DNA of 64,000 nucleotides from Klebsiella pneumoniae (GTDB taxonomy: Bacteria; Pseudomonadota; Gammaproteobacteria; Pseudomonadales; UBA5518), in NCBI GenBank assembly GCA_945862145.1, contig CAMAXE010000027.1:1330-65329 (forward strand), given 5' to 3'. The position numbers and the translations under genes are program-made. The notes under the pieces were generated by a model. It worked only from the letters and a program-made list of their open reading frames with translations. It was not told the origin of the DNA and made no database searches. How positions within the stretch are numbered: position 1 is the first letter of the stretch; each line of letters begins with the position of its first letter. Positions 53,829 to 64,000 of this stretch are shown here, piece by piece.

Positions 53829-55073
53829 TCACGTGCCGCTTCCCGTGCCCACCAGTTCGATGCTCGCCTCGGGACGCAACCATGCGCGGCCCACGAACTT
53901 GGGGTGTGCCGTGTTGAGAACATGGAAGATCAGTGCGCGGTCACGCCATTCGTAGGTGCGATCGAGATGAGAATCGGAGCGCGTAAGGGCAACCGTGACC
54001 GCGTAATGAGCCTCTCCGAGGCGGATCTCGAAGGCGAGACGAAAGACACCCTCCTCGCCCGCCGCCAACGGCCCTATGGGCATGCCGAGCCGATGGCTGT
54101 TGATACCGTAGATTTCATGCCCGAAGCGGTCACGCAACAGCACGCCCACGACCAGTGAAGGCAACGGCTCGTGCACGCGGAAACGCACACAGAGACAAAC
54201 CTGCTCACCTACACGCACCGCGTCCACGGCCTGCCCCGCGGGGTTCTCGATCCACACTTCGGACAAGGTGGCTTCGCCGGTGCCGGAACTGGTCTGCGTG
54301 ACGCCCTGAGCGCCCAATTGCTGGCGTATGAGTGCAGCGGTGCGATCCGCCATGAGAGCGTGGTAGTAATCGAGCACGTCCTCGGTGCTACCCCTGCGCA
54401 GGAGTCGACCCTCATGGAGAAGGATCGCGTAGTCGCAGAGCGTCTGCACTGCCAGCCTGTCGTGGGAGACGATCAGCAGGGTGGTCCCCTGCTCGCGGAA
54501 CTCGCGGATACGCCCGAAGCTCTTGTGCTGGAAATAAGCGTCTCCCACCGACAGCGCCTCATCGATGATCAGCACCTCCGGGCGTTGGGCGGTGGCCACG
54601 CTGAAGGCCAACCTCACAGCCATACCGCTCGAATAGGTGCGAAGGGGCTCGTCGAAGTAACTGCCTATCTCGGCAAAGGCCTCGATGGAGGGCATGAGTT
54701 CGTCTATCTCTTCGCGGCTCATGCCACGCAACTGTCCGACCACATAGACGTTCTGCCGGCCCGTGAATTCCGGGTGGAACCCCATGCCCAGTTCAAGGAG
54801 CGCCGATACGCGCCCCGCGACACGCACCTCCCCTTCGGTAGCGACGGTGGTACCGGTGATGATTTTAAGCAGCGTACTCTTGCCTGCACCGTTGAAGCCC
54901 ACGATGCCGACGGCCTCGCCCGGCTCCACGGAGAAATCGATATCGCGCAGGGCCCAGCCTTGACGGTGACGGGGCTTCGCAAAGGGCATCAACCACTCGG
55001 CCAGCCGGCCCCAGCGGCTGGGGTAATGGCGGTACGCCTTGCCTACTCCCTTGACCTCGATCGAGGGGCTCAT
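53829..55073 (-). CDS. wzt: Polysaccharide ABC exporter ATP-binding subunit with C-terminal carbohydrate-binding domain
   Basis: GFNGAGKST, YSSGM, IIDEALSVGDAYFQHKS, VSHD; ~150 aa C-terminal extension. Confidence 0.94.
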   Translation of the reverse strand: MSPSIEVKGVGKAYRHYPSRWGRLAEWLMPFAKPRHRQGWALRDIDFSVEPGEAVGIVGFNGAGKSTLLKIITGTTVATEGEVRVAGRVSALLELGMGFHPEFTGRQNVYVVGQLRGMSREEIDELMPSIEAFAEIGSYFDEPLRTYSSGMAVRLAFSVATAQRPEVLIIDEALSVGDAYFQHKSFGRIREFREQGTTLLIVSHDRLAVQTLCDYAILLHEGRLLRRGSTEDVLDYYHALMADRTAALIRQQLGAQGVTQTSSGTGEATLSEVWIENPAGQAVDAVRVGEQVCLCVRFRVHEPLPSLVVGVLLRDRFGHEIYGINSHRLGMPIGPLAAGEEGVFRLAFEIRLGEAHYAVTVALTRSDSHLDRTYEWRDRALIFHVLNTAHPKFVGRAWLRPEASIELVGTGSGT

Positions 55074-55861
55074 AGTTCGTCCACGATCTCGTGCGCATGG
55101 CGACGGAACAATGCAAAGGCCAATGCGCTCGCGAACAGGGCTACGACGGTGGGTGCGAGCAACTGATCCCATTGCGGCCAGCCAGCGCCCAGTGCCAGAC
55201 GCTGCATCGCAGAGACGACCGGTGTGACGGGATTGGCGAGCACAACGGGTTCAATGGCGCGTGGCAAAATCGACACCGGATACACCACTGGCGTCATCCA
55301 GAACCACACCTGCAGGATCACTCCGAGCGCCTGCCCGACGTCGCGGAAGAACACGTTCAGCATCCCCATCACCGTGCCCAAACTGCAGGCAAATGCACCG
55401 AGGATCAGCATCAGTGCCGGCAGCGCCAGCACGTAGCGGCCCGGAAAATGTCCGGTGAGCAGGAGCAGGGCGAGAAACAGCAGGAACACGATCGTAAAGT
55501 TCATCGACGCGTTCACGACCACGATCACGGGAAGACAGACGCGCGGAAAATTCATTTTCTTCAGCAAACCGGCGTTGTCGAGGAACATCGTGGTGCTGCG
55601 GTTCAGTATCTCGGCAAAGAAGCCCCAGACGAGCACTCCCGCGCAAAGATAAATGCCGTAATCCATGGCACCCGTGCGGCCTGGCAAGCGTGCCTGCATG
55701 ACCTGCGAGAACACGAGCAGGTACACCAGCACCATCGCGAGCGGCGTGATGATCGCCCACCCGGCGCCGAGCAAAGAACTTTGGTACCGCCCCGAAAACT
55801 CGCGCTGCACGCTCCCCGCGATGAATCCGCGGGCTCGCCACAGGGCATGCAGGTGCTGCAT
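55070..55861 (-). CDS. wzm: Polysaccharide ABC exporter permease
   Basis: RYQSSLLGAGW, LLKKMNFPR, NVFFRDV, FWMTPVVYP, NPV; ends EIVDEL and overlaps the wzt start. Confidence 0.94.
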   Translation of the reverse strand: MQHLHALWRARGFIAGSVQREFSGRYQSSLLGAGWAIITPLAMVLVYLLVFSQVMQARLPGRTGAMDYGIYLCAGVLVWGFFAEILNRSTTMFLDNAGLLKKMNFPRVCLPVIVVVNASMNFTIVFLLFLALLLLTGHFPGRYVLALPALMLILGAFACSLGTVMGMLNVFFRDVGQALGVILQVWFWMTPVVYPVSILPRAIEPVVLANPVTPVVSAMQRLALGAGWPQWDQLLAPTVVALFASALAFALFRRHAHEIVDEL

Positions 55862-55939
55862 CAGGGGTCTACCCGGGAAGAAATCGATGAGAAAACCAGT
55901 ATAAGGCAATTCGTCGCATGCAAGCCCGGAGCGAGCATC

Positions 55940-57064
55940 TCAGTGCGGCACATCGAGGAGCTCCCGGTAGAGCTGCCGGTAGGCATCGACCATGGTGTCC
56001 GCCTGCAGATCCGACAACACGCGGCAGCGGGAGGCCTCGCCCAGCTGCGCGCGCAAGGGCGCGTCGGCATGGAGACGATCGAGCGCAACGCGCATCTCGC
56101 CATGATCTCCGGGTGCGACCTTCAGTCCGGTTTCACCCTCCCGGTTGACGAAGTCCACACCCGTTGCGATGCGCGACGTGACCAGCGGCAGACCGGAACA
56201 CATTGCCTCAAGCAGGGATACGCCATACGCCTCGGCGGGCAGGGCGGAGGGCAGCACGAACGCCTGCGCCAACGCCAGCAGAGCCCACTTGTCTGCATCC
56301 GGCACATAGCCCGTGAAATGCACGTTCGGCGCACCGAGTTCGCGTGCAAGCTGACGCAAGCGCTCCCCCTCCGGCCCCTCGCCCGCAATCACGGCCTGCC
56401 AGCGCGCTCCGACCGCCGCACGGATCAGAACATCCAGCGACTTGTAGTACCGGAGAACACCGACGAAAAGGAAGAAATCCCCCCCGAACCGCGCACGCCA
56501 GGACTGCACACGCCGCGGGTCGGCGAGCGGTATCCGCGCGGCGTCTATGCCGATCGGGATGACACGCACGCTGGCGGCATGACGGCGCAGTACTGCACTG
56601 CGCAAGGTGTACTCCGGCGATGTCGCGACCACAGCATCAGCCCGGCGGAGGAAACGGTGCATCAATGGCGCATAGGGAACCGCGAGCAGGCGCTGGCGCA
56701 CGATGTCGGAATGGTAGGTGACCACACGCGGCGCAGAGCCGGCGCCTGAAAACAGGTCTAACACGTCGCCCCAAGGCCAGGGAAAGTGGTAGTGGAGCAC
56801 GTCGGCTGCGGCCGCCAACCGACGGAACGCCGGGATGCCGCGAAACGAGACATTGCAGGACGCAATCTCGAATGACTGGGGCAGCCGGCAGACCCGTACA
56901 CCCTGATCCATGTGTTCGCCGGCGACACGCACCTGCGCAGAAGGGAACACGACGGTGACGTCCTCTCCGCGCGCCACGAGGCCCCGCGCGAGCGTGCGTA
57001 TGACCTCCTCCGAGCCGCCCTGGGAATCCGGGAAGCCCGTGCGGTAGACCTGAAGGATGTGCAC
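55940..57064 (-). CDS. GT4 glycosyltransferase (WbpZ-like)
   Basis: GGSEEVI, HYHFPWP, TYHSDIVRQ, GVLRYYK, EAYGVSLLEAM; start GTG 57064 is uncertain. Confidence 0.9.
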   Translation of the reverse strand: MHILQVYRTGFPDSQGGSEEVIRTLARGLVARGEDVTVVFPSAQVRVAGEHMDQGVRVCRLPQSFEIASCNVSFRGIPAFRRLAAAADVLHYHFPWPWGDVLDLFSGAGSAPRVVTYHSDIVRQRLLAVPYAPLMHRFLRRADAVVATSPEYTLRSAVLRRHAASVRVIPIGIDAARIPLADPRRVQSWRARFGGDFFLFVGVLRYYKSLDVLIRAAVGARWQAVIAGEGPEGERLRQLARELGAPNVHFTGYVPDADKWALLALAQAFVLPSALPAEAYGVSLLEAMCSGLPLVTSRIATGVDFVNREGETGLKVAPGDHGEMRVALDRLHADAPLRAQLGEASRCRVLSDLQADTMVDAYRQLYRELLDVPH

Positions 57065-57125
57065 CTTGATCAGCGCGAGCGGCAGTTCGCGCCGGGATGG
57101 CGCGGGGTGCACACACAGGCAAGGA

Positions 57126-57890
57126 TCACTGGCGATGCCATGCCGCACGCAAGGATTTGGCCCAGACAGCCCATGGCTGGTACAGCCACCATTTGGGAGG
57201 GACCGATCCGTTGTGCCTGCGCACCACCTCGATGGCCTCACGGTAATGCCGGGCACGGAAACGACGCGTCTTGGTGCCAGCGTGCTCGCGGTTCACCGCG
57301 ACCTGCACGGGCACGTGAATCAGGGGCCCGCATTGCCGGTACATCCGCCACCAGAGGTCGTAGTCCATGGCCATCTGAAGGCTCTCGTCCAGACCGCCCA
57401 CGGCCTCCCACGCGCTGCGCCGCATGAGAGTGGCGGGTTGTGAAACGATGCAACGCAGCGCGAGGCGCGCGGGATCGAAAGGCTCGACCCGGACGGGAGT
57501 GCGATTACCCGAGACGGACTGGTTCCATGCGAGCCCGTAGGCGGCCGGCGCCCGCGGCTCGGCATCGAGCGCCTCGCAAAGCACGCGCAGCGCTCCGGGT
57601 AAAAGCATGTCGTCACTGTTCAGCCAGCAGACATACGGTGCACCGCCATATCCGATGCACTCGTTGATGGCTGCGGCCTGACCGCCATCAGGATGACTGC
57701 GCCAGCCTGCGAGATACGGTTCGCGCGCGCGAATGATCTCGACCGACCCGTCGGTAGAGCCTCCGTCGGCCACAAAAACCTCCAGCGGAACCTCTTGTGC
57801 GAGAACGGAATCCAGCGCTTCGCCGAGGAATGCCGCCTGCCCGAAGGACGGCACGGCAACCGTGACGCGTGGCCCCGGTGCATTCAGCAC
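57126..57890 (-). CDS. GT2 glycosyltransferase
   Basis: PSFGQ, DGGSTDGS, DGGQAAAIN, WLNSDD, SQPAT, AMDYDLW. Confidence 0.92.
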   Translation of the reverse strand: MLNAPGPRVTVAVPSFGQAAFLGEALDSVLAQEVPLEVFVADGGSTDGSVEIIRAREPYLAGWRSHPDGGQAAAINECIGYGGAPYVCWLNSDDMLLPGALRVLCEALDAEPRAPAAYGLAWNQSVSGNRTPVRVEPFDPARLALRCIVSQPATLMRRSAWEAVGGLDESLQMAMDYDLWWRMYRQCGPLIHVPVQVAVNREHAGTKTRRFRARHYREAIEVVRRHNGSVPPKWWLYQPWAVWAKSLRAAWHRQ

Positions 57891-58837
57891 GGATGGCGGC
57901 TCCGGAAATCGGCATAGGCGGTACCAATACCCGTCTCGAGCGGGGTACTGGCACGCCACCCTATGTCCGCAAGGCGACTGACGTCGAGAAGTTTGCGCGG
58001 CGTGCCGTCGGGCCGTGTCGCATCGAAAACGAGTTCGCCCTCGAAACCCACCACGCGCATCACGGTACGCGCGAGTTCTGCAATGCTGAGATCGTGCCCG
58101 CAACCGACGTTGAAGACGCCCTCCCCGATGCCGTTCTCCATCAGGAACACGCTGGCATCAGCGAGATCGTCCACGAAGAGGAACTCGCGCAAGGGGCGGC
58201 CACTGCCCCAGACGGAGAGCGTGCGCGCACCCGCCTGCTTTGCCTCATGGGCCTTGCGCAGCAGCGCCGGCAGCACGTGACTGGAGGCGAGGTCGTAGTT
58301 GTCGCCGGGGCCATAGAGGTTGGTCGGCATCACCGACAGGAAGTTGCTGCCGTACTGGCGGTTATAGCTTTCGCACATTTTGAGACCCGCGATCTTGGCG
58401 ATCGCGTAGGGCTCATTGGTAGGCTCCAATGGCCCTGTCAGCAGGTATTCCTCGCGTATCGGCTGCGGGCAATCGCGCGGATAGATGCAACTCGAACCAA
58501 GGAACAGCAGCCAGCGCACGCCACTGCGCCAAGCGGCATGGATCACGTTTACGGCTATCTGGAGATTCTCGTGTATGAACTCGGCACGACGCGTGTCGTT
58601 GGCAAGTATCCCGCCCACCCGCGCGGCGGCGAGATAAACAGCCTCCGGCCTGTGTTCATCGAAAAACCGCTGCACGGAACACTGGTCCAACAGGTCCAGT
58701 TCCTGATGCGTACGCAAGAGAAGGTTCCGGTATCCACCGCCCTGCAATCGTCTCACGATCGCGGAGCCCACCATCCCCCGGTGGCCCACGACAAAGATCG
58801 GCGCATCCCGCGCCACCGGATCAGTCGTCTTCGCCAT
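57884..58837 (-). CDS. fcl: GDP-L-fucose synthase
   Basis: [53 protein letters not shown]. Confidence 0.96.
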   Translation of the reverse strand: MAKTTDPVARDAPIFVVGHRGMVGSAIVRRLQGGGYRNLLLRTHQELDLLDQCSVQRFFDEHRPEAVYLAAARVGGILANDTRRAEFIHENLQIAVNVIHAAWRSGVRWLLFLGSSCIYPRDCPQPIREEYLLTGPLEPTNEPYAIAKIAGLKMCESYNRQYGSNFLSVMPTNLYGPGDNYDLASSHVLPALLRKAHEAKQAGARTLSVWGSGRPLREFLFVDDLADASVFLMENGIGEGVFNVGCGHDLSIAELARTVMRVVGFEGELVFDATRPDGTPRKLLDVSRLADIGWRASTPLETGIGTAYADFRSRHPC

Positions 58838-59903
58838 GGTCGTGATATCCGTGGTTGCGCACGAGTTGCTCGCGCTCCGCAGCGCGCAGATCTTCCCGCA
58901 CCATTTCGCTCACCAGATCCCCGAAACTATGGCGCGGACGCCAACCGAGACGCGCGTGCGCCTTGGTGGCGTCGCCAAGCAAGGTGTCGACTTCCGCTGG
59001 CCGGAAATAGCGGGGATCCACCCGAACGATCTCGCGGCCCGACGCATTCACGCCCACTTCCTCCACCCCGCTGCCCTTCCAGTCAAGCGAAATGCCCAGC
59101 CCTGCAGCGGCAGCGTTCACGAAATCGCGGACGCTGTGTTGTTCACCGGTGGCGATCACGTAGTCCTCAGGCGTGTCCTGCTGGAGCATCAGCCACTGCA
59201 TCTCGACGTAATCCTGCGCGTGCCCCCAATCGCGGCGCGCATCGAGATTGCCGAGGAAAAGGCAGTCCTGCAACCCGAGGTGGATGCGCGCGAGAGCACG
59301 GGTGATCTTGCGCGTAACGAAGGTCTCGCCGCGGATCGGAGACTCGTGATTGAACAGGATCCCGTTGCAGGCATACATGCCGTAGGACTCTCGGTAATTC
59401 ACGGTTATCCAGTAGGCGTAGAGCTTGGCCACCGCGTAGGGACTGCGGGGATAAAAAGGGGTGGTCTCGGACTGCGGCACCTGTTGCACCAGCCCGTAGA
59501 GTTCGGAGCTGGAGGCCTGGTAGAAGCGCGTTTTCTTCTCGAGACCGAGGATGCGCAGCGCCTCGAGGAGACGCAAGGTGCCGAGAGCGTTGGCATCGGC
59601 GGTGTACTCAGGGACTTCAAAACTCACCTGCACATGACTCATGGCGCCGAGGTTGTAGATCTCGTCGGGCTGCACTTGCTGCACGATCCGGATGAGATTG
59701 GTTGCGTCGGTGAGATCACCATAGTGCAGGTGCATCCGCACGCCGCTCTCGTGCGGATCCTGGTAGAGATGATCGATGCGTGCGGTGTTCAGCAGGGATG
59801 CGCGGCGCTTGATGCCGTGAACCTCATAGCCCTTGCTGAGCAGAAACTCAGCAAGATAGGCGCCGTCCTGCCCCGTAACCCCCGTGATGAGCGCTTTCTT
59901 CAT
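58821..59903 (-). CDS. gmd: GDP-mannose 4,6-dehydratase
   Basis: [56 protein letters not shown]. Confidence 0.97.
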   Translation of the reverse strand: MKKALITGVTGQDGAYLAEFLLSKGYEVHGIKRRASLLNTARIDHLYQDPHESGVRMHLHYGDLTDATNLIRIVQQVQPDEIYNLGAMSHVQVSFEVPEYTADANALGTLRLLEALRILGLEKKTRFYQASSSELYGLVQQVPQSETTPFYPRSPYAVAKLYAYWITVNYRESYGMYACNGILFNHESPIRGETFVTRKITRALARIHLGLQDCLFLGNLDARRDWGHAQDYVEMQWLMLQQDTPEDYVIATGEQHSVRDFVNAAAAGLGISLDWKGSGVEEVGVNASGREIVRVDPRYFRPAEVDTLLGDATKAHARLGWRPRHSFGDLVSEMVREDLRAAEREQLVRNHGYHDHGEDD

Positions 59904-60940
59904 GTCTTGCCTTCCCGTGTCTTCGAGCCAGTGCCCATGCGGTTGAGTCTCGCCACCTGCGCATCCACCATGCGGCGAACCATCTCCTCGAAGCCGGTGG
60001 AGGGCTGCCAGCCGAGCGTATCCCTCGCCCGCCGCGGGTCTGCGACAGAGCACGTGGTTTCCATCGGCCGCACCAGGGCCGCATCGATGCTGACGTGTTC
60101 CTGCCAGTCGAGGCCGACGTGCGTGTAGGCAGCGGCGCAAAGGTCACGCAGCGAATGCGCCTTGCCGGTGCCCACCACAAAATCGGACGGGGCGGGCGCT
60201 TGGAGGATAAGCCACATCGCCTGCACGAAGTCCGGGGCGTAACCCCAGTCACGCGACACAGCCAGATTGCCGAGCCTCAGCAGTCCGTCCTCCACAATCG
60301 GGCGACCCACTTCGTTCAGATCAGCGGAGATGCGTACGCGCAAGCTGGCACAGGCTGCCCCATAGGCGATTTTCTGGGTAACGAAATGCAGCGGACGGCG
60401 CTCACTTTCATGATTGAAGAGAATGCCCGTAGCAATGTGCAGCCCGTAGCTTTCGCGGTAGATGCGCGCCATGTGGTGGGCGTACAGCTTCGCAGCCGCG
60501 TAGGGGTTCCGGGGATTGAAAGCAGCGCCCTCGGCCTGCGGTTGTCCGTCGGAGGGGCCGAACATCTCGGAGGATGAGGCGTGGTAGACGCGACACGCCG
60601 GCAGGGTGTTTCGCACCAGTTCGAAGAGGCGGATGGCTGCCATGCCATTGACCTCGAGCGTATCTGCGGTGCGGGCCCAAGACTCGCCGGGGCGAGACTG
60701 CGAGGCGAGGTTGTATATCTCGTGCGGACGCGACTCCTGAACCGCTGATGCAAGATCGACTCCTTCCGTGATTTCCCCGGTCAGAATGCGTAGATCTCCC
60801 GCGAGATGGCTTGCGTTATTCGGCCTGAGCCAGCTTTCACGTCGCGCAAACCCCCAGACCTCATAGCCTTTACCCAAGAGGAACTCGGCCAGATAGGACC
60901 CATCCTGGCCGGTGATGCCAGTGATCAGCGCACGGCGCAT
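59900..60940 (-). CDS. Second, divergent GDP-mannose 4,6-dehydratase-like SDR
   Basis: [48 protein letters not shown]; SRPGESW in place of SHVxVSF. Confidence 0.88.
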   Translation of the reverse strand: MRRALITGITGQDGSYLAEFLLGKGYEVWGFARRESWLRPNNASHLAGDLRILTGEITEGVDLASAVQESRPHEIYNLASQSRPGESWARTADTLEVNGMAAIRLFELVRNTLPACRVYHASSSEMFGPSDGQPQAEGAAFNPRNPYAAAKLYAHHMARIYRESYGLHIATGILFNHESERRPLHFVTQKIAYGAACASLRVRISADLNEVGRPIVEDGLLRLGNLAVSRDWGYAPDFVQAMWLILQAPAPSDFVVGTGKAHSLRDLCAAAYTHVGLDWQEHVSIDAALVRPMETTCSVADPRRARDTLGWQPSTGFEEMVRRMVDAQVARLNRMGTGSKTREGKT

Positions 60941-62097
60941 GGAACGCTCCTCTTGGGCGACGCAGCCGCTTCGCGGTAGAGGTCGAGCAAGGCGCAAGCC
61001 GATCGTCGCCAGTCGAAATAGGCGGATCGCAGTCTTGCGCGCTGCCGGAGTTCCTCCATTCGCGAAGGATCGGAGGACAACATCAGCATCGCCTCGGTCC
61101 ACGCTGCGCGATCGTGAGGATCCAGCAGTATCGCGTCATCACCCGCCACTTCAGGCAATGAGCTATTCGAGGACGCGATGCTGGCGGCACCGAACTGCAT
61201 GCCTTCCAGCAAAGGCAGGCCGAAGCCCTCAAAGAGCGACGGATACACGTTCGCGTAGCAGTTGCGGTAAAGCCAGACGAGTTCGTCGTCACGCACATAA
61301 CCAGTCAACCGCACGAGCGAGCCCAGCCCGGCATCACGCACTTCCTCGGGAAATCCCTGCATGCGCCAACCTTCGCCACCCGCCAGCACGAGGGGCATCG
61401 GTCGCCCGCCGGCGCTGATGTATTCCTTGAAAGCCTGCAGCAGCATCCTCTGGTTCTTGCGGGGTTCGATGGTGCCCACCGAAAGCCAGTACTCACCGGG
61501 AACGAGCCCACGGACCACATCTGGGAATGACCCCTCAAGGCTGTCGTCGGTGAAACGCGAGCACGGGTGGATCACACGTATCCGCTCGGAGGGGAAATGG
61601 GGGAAAACCTCGAGGAAGTGGAGCATCGATGATTGCGATATGGCAACGATCCAGTCTGCGGTGATGGAGGCCCGGAAGACGCCATTGAAGCAACCGATAC
61701 GATTTTCTTCCGTAGTCCATTCGGGCTCGAAAGCGAACGCCATGTCGTACAAAGTGTAGACAAGGCGGGTGGCCGCAAGCCGTGCCGGGCACCAGAAGTT
61801 GTTCGCATGCAGGATGTCCGGCGTGCCGAGGCGTCGCTCCAGATCCGGGCCGTTCCAGAAGGCAGCAGCGCCAGACCGCCCCAGGTGTCGTGGTCCGTAA
61901 GAGCTGTTGGGCGCCGGGAAAGGGCTGCCAAGCGGCATGGTCAGGTCGTAGTAGAAGTCGCCGAAATCCGGGTGGAAATTGAAGTGCATTTCAGGCGCGA
62001 GTGATGGCATCACGCTGGCGAGTGCATGTGCATAAAACCCGCAACCGGCTTTCGCGCGGCCGGTCTGGGATACGTCGAAATTGATATTCAGACTCAA
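60925..62097 (-). CDS. GT4 glycosyltransferase
   Basis: VGTIEPRKN, YPSLFEGFGLPLLEGM, SSLPEVAG; TTG start overlaps the upstream stop. Confidence 0.93.
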   Translation of the reverse strand: MSLNINFDVSQTGRAKAGCGFYAHALASVMPSLAPEMHFNFHPDFGDFYYDLTMPLGSPFPAPNSSYGPRHLGRSGAAAFWNGPDLERRLGTPDILHANNFWCPARLAATRLVYTLYDMAFAFEPEWTTEENRIGCFNGVFRASITADWIVAISQSSMLHFLEVFPHFPSERIRVIHPCSRFTDDSLEGSFPDVVRGLVPGEYWLSVGTIEPRKNQRMLLQAFKEYISAGGRPMPLVLAGGEGWRMQGFPEEVRDAGLGSLVRLTGYVRDDELVWLYRNCYANVYPSLFEGFGLPLLEGMQFGAASIASSNSSLPEVAGDDAILLDPHDRAAWTEAMLMLSSDPSRMEELRQRARLRSAYFDWRRSACALLDLYREAAASPKRSVPCAVR

Positions 62098-62972
62098 TGC
62101 GTACCCCTCCGGACAAAGGCCTGACGGGCCCACGTCGACAATACCGAGCGCATTTCCGCTCCTAGGCCGCGGTTCCATCGGAGCGCAGACACCACCGATG
62201 CGGACACCAGTGCCAGGGTGAAAAGTCGGGGGCTATCGTCTCGCCGGAGCTTCGCTTCCACCACCGCGTGCGCATGGTTGAAAATCCATCGATCAGGCAC
62301 ACGGCCGAAACGGCTGCGGAGCATGTCGTTTATCTCAGTGTGCACGCGTACCCGGGCGCCGAGCGTCTTGTTCTCGGCATACATGCGCGAAGCTGCAAGC
62401 TTTTTAGGCAAGTAGTGGAAGCGTGCGCCGCCTGCGGCAAGACGCAACCAGTACTCGTAGTCCATGCAGAACTGGAGTTTCTCGTCCGGCAAACCGAATC
62501 GCTCCAGCACACTGCGACGCATGAACAAGGCGGGCTGGCAAATGAAGCAGGTTTCGCGAAGACGCATCGGATCCCAAGGTTCGGTTGGGTAGCTTTCGAA
62601 GGGCTGATCATTGACATCGATATGATCTGCCATGCCGTAGACGACATCGACTTCGGGAAACTGCGCGAATGCCTCACGTACACTGGCCAATGCACCCGGG
62701 TAATAGACATCATCCGAATTCAACCATCCCAGCAACTCACCTCCGGAACGTCGGAATCCCTTGTTGAGAGCGTCCGTCTGGCCGCGGTCCGGCTCCGAAA
62801 CCCACTGTACGGATGGAATAGCCGTCGCCAGAACCGACACGGTCTCGTCCCGACTGCCGCCATCCATCACGATATGTTCAAGGCCTGGTATCTCCTGCTG
62901 TGCAACACTCGCGAGGGTGCGTGCTATGAACCGGCCCTGGTTGAACGAGGGGGTGATCACACTAAAGCTCAC
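62094..62972 (-). CDS. GT2 glycosyltransferase
   Basis: ITPSFNQ, DGGSRDET, DRGQTDALNKG, WLNSDD, ICQPA, MDYEYWLR. Confidence 0.94.
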   Translation of the reverse strand: MSFSVITPSFNQGRFIARTLASVAQQEIPGLEHIVMDGGSRDETVSVLATAIPSVQWVSEPDRGQTDALNKGFRRSGGELLGWLNSDDVYYPGALASVREAFAQFPEVDVVYGMADHIDVNDQPFESYPTEPWDPMRLRETCFICQPALFMRRSVLERFGLPDEKLQFCMDYEYWLRLAAGGARFHYLPKKLAASRMYAENKTLGARVRVHTEINDMLRSRFGRVPDRWIFNHAHAVVEAKLRRDDSPRLFTLALVSASVVSALRWNRGLGAEMRSVLSTWARQAFVRRGTH

Positions 62973-64000
62973 AGACCGTCCTCGGGCCAGAGCGGGAGCG
63001 TCCATCCCTTACCCTGAAGTTCGCATCGGTGGAGACGTAGCGTCAGGACCCTGCTATCAGTGGAAACACCATCGTCACTCGGCACGAATCCCGGATTGAT
63101 CGTGACACGGAGTGTACCCGGGCGCACTTTCATGCTGAGCTCCCTACGAGTTCCCTTTTTGATATCTGCCTTAACGACACGGCGGCGATTGAGGTTCCCT
63201 CTCACTTTGACTGTATTGCTGAGGAGCCAACTCGGTGCTTCGACATCAAGAAGCAGTTCGGCATCCGCCTCCGTAGCAGAAAGATTCATCTCCACCATGA
63301 GGCTCTGTGACAGCCATCCATCCTTAAAGACTCCAGAAACCCGGGTGCTGCGAGATCTCTCGCCGACAGCTTCTTGGAACACTTCCCAGTACTCCCTCGC
63401 CATGCGATCCCCATCCCGATAGGGGCTGACGTGTGCCAAACCCGCTGCGACGAGGCGTGATCTCTCGGCTTCGTTCACCGAGATCGCAAGGATCGCCCGA
63501 GCTATGTCCATCGGCACCCTCGGATCGAAAAGCAATGCGGCATCCCCTGCGACTTCAGGGAGAGCTGCGCGGTTGCTGCACGCGACGGGGATCCCGAGCG
63601 CCATCGCTTCCAACACGGGCAAGCCGAAGCCTTCATACAGAGAGGGGAATATCAACGCAGTGGCGTTGCGCATCAGCACCGAGAGAACCGTGTCCGGGAC
63701 ATACCCAGGCATGCATATTCTGTCGTTCAGCCCCATGCACAAGGCCGCGTTCTCCAACTCCTCCATCCGCGCATCAGGGGCCCCCGTGCAAACCAGCACC
63801 AGTTCGTCAGGCAAACCGGTGGAGGCCGCCATCCCCCATGCGGCGAAGAGCATCTCGTGATTTTTGTGGAGCCAGAAATTGGACGGGTAAAGAAGATACG
63901 GGCGTCCACCGGTCAAAGAGTGCACATGCGCGATGCCTTCAGCGTTAGTTCGCGCGTCCAATCGGGAGGCTAAACGGTGGTGTACGGTGACGATCCGCTC
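62969..64000 (-). CDS. GT4 glycosyltransferase, 3' part (start lies beyond the right edge)
   Basis: YPSNFWLHKNH, FPSLYEGFGLPVLEAM, LPEVAGDAA; extra C-terminal beta-rich domain. Confidence 0.9.
   Translation of the reverse strand, partial: ERIVTVHHRLASRLDARTNAEGIAHVHSLTGGRPYLLYPSNFWLHKNHEMLFAAWGMAASTGLPDELVLVCTGAPDARMEELENAALCMGLNDRICMPGYVPDTVLSVLMRNATALIFPSLYEGFGLPVLEAMALGIPVACSNRAALPEVAGDAALLFDPRVPMDIARAILAISVNEAERSRLVAAGLAHVSPYRDGDRMAREYWEVFQEAVGERSRSTRVSGVFKDGWLSQSLMVEMNLSATEADAELLLDVEAPSWLLSNTVKVRGNLNRRRVVKADIKKGTRRELSMKVRPGTLRVTINPGFVPSDDGVSTDSRVLTLRLHRCELQGKGWTLPLWPEDGL

Noticed and set aside
51884-53917. 677-aa plus-strand ORF (and similar ones at 55091, 57869 and 58836)
   Set aside because: Antisense shadows of well-supported glycan genes.

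Overview
GC-rich chromosomal segment from a Gammaproteobacterium. Gene order is Pseudomonadales/Cellvibrionales-like: hda-perM-DUF2066 divergent from purMN, dcd-apbC divergent from metG-rnf-nth, and leuA-holD-rimI. From left to right it carries: a truncated TPR protein, an aldehyde dehydrogenase, a DAACS symporter, a DmdB/DmdC-like acyl-CoA ligase/dehydrogenase pair, SmrA, an AI-2E transporter, a PLP aminotransferase, an SMP-30 lactonase followed by a RidA C-terminal remnant, and a complete 7-gene Wsp-type chemosensory operon. That operon has a dCache (McpU/TlpQ-like) receptor and a WspR-type REC domain fused to a PP2C/SpoIIE phosphatase instead of GGDEF. Next come a glutamine-synthetase-like ligase, a strongly structured intergenic region, slyX, an M13 peptidase, liuR-A-B-D with a double LiuR box, core genes, a minimal rnf locus (rnfB with no canonical start, an rnfD-rnfG fusion, then nth), and leuA with an unannotated Leu-rich leader peptide. 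The last ~17 kb is a minus-strand ABC-transporter-dependent polysaccharide cluster resembling the Pseudomonas common-polysaccharide-antigen locus, plus fcl, two gmd genes, a sulfotransferase and glycosyltransferases with inserted repeated beta-rich domains. I saw no rRNA, tRNA, CRISPR array or transposase. All calls come from motif recognition by eye; no database searches were run.
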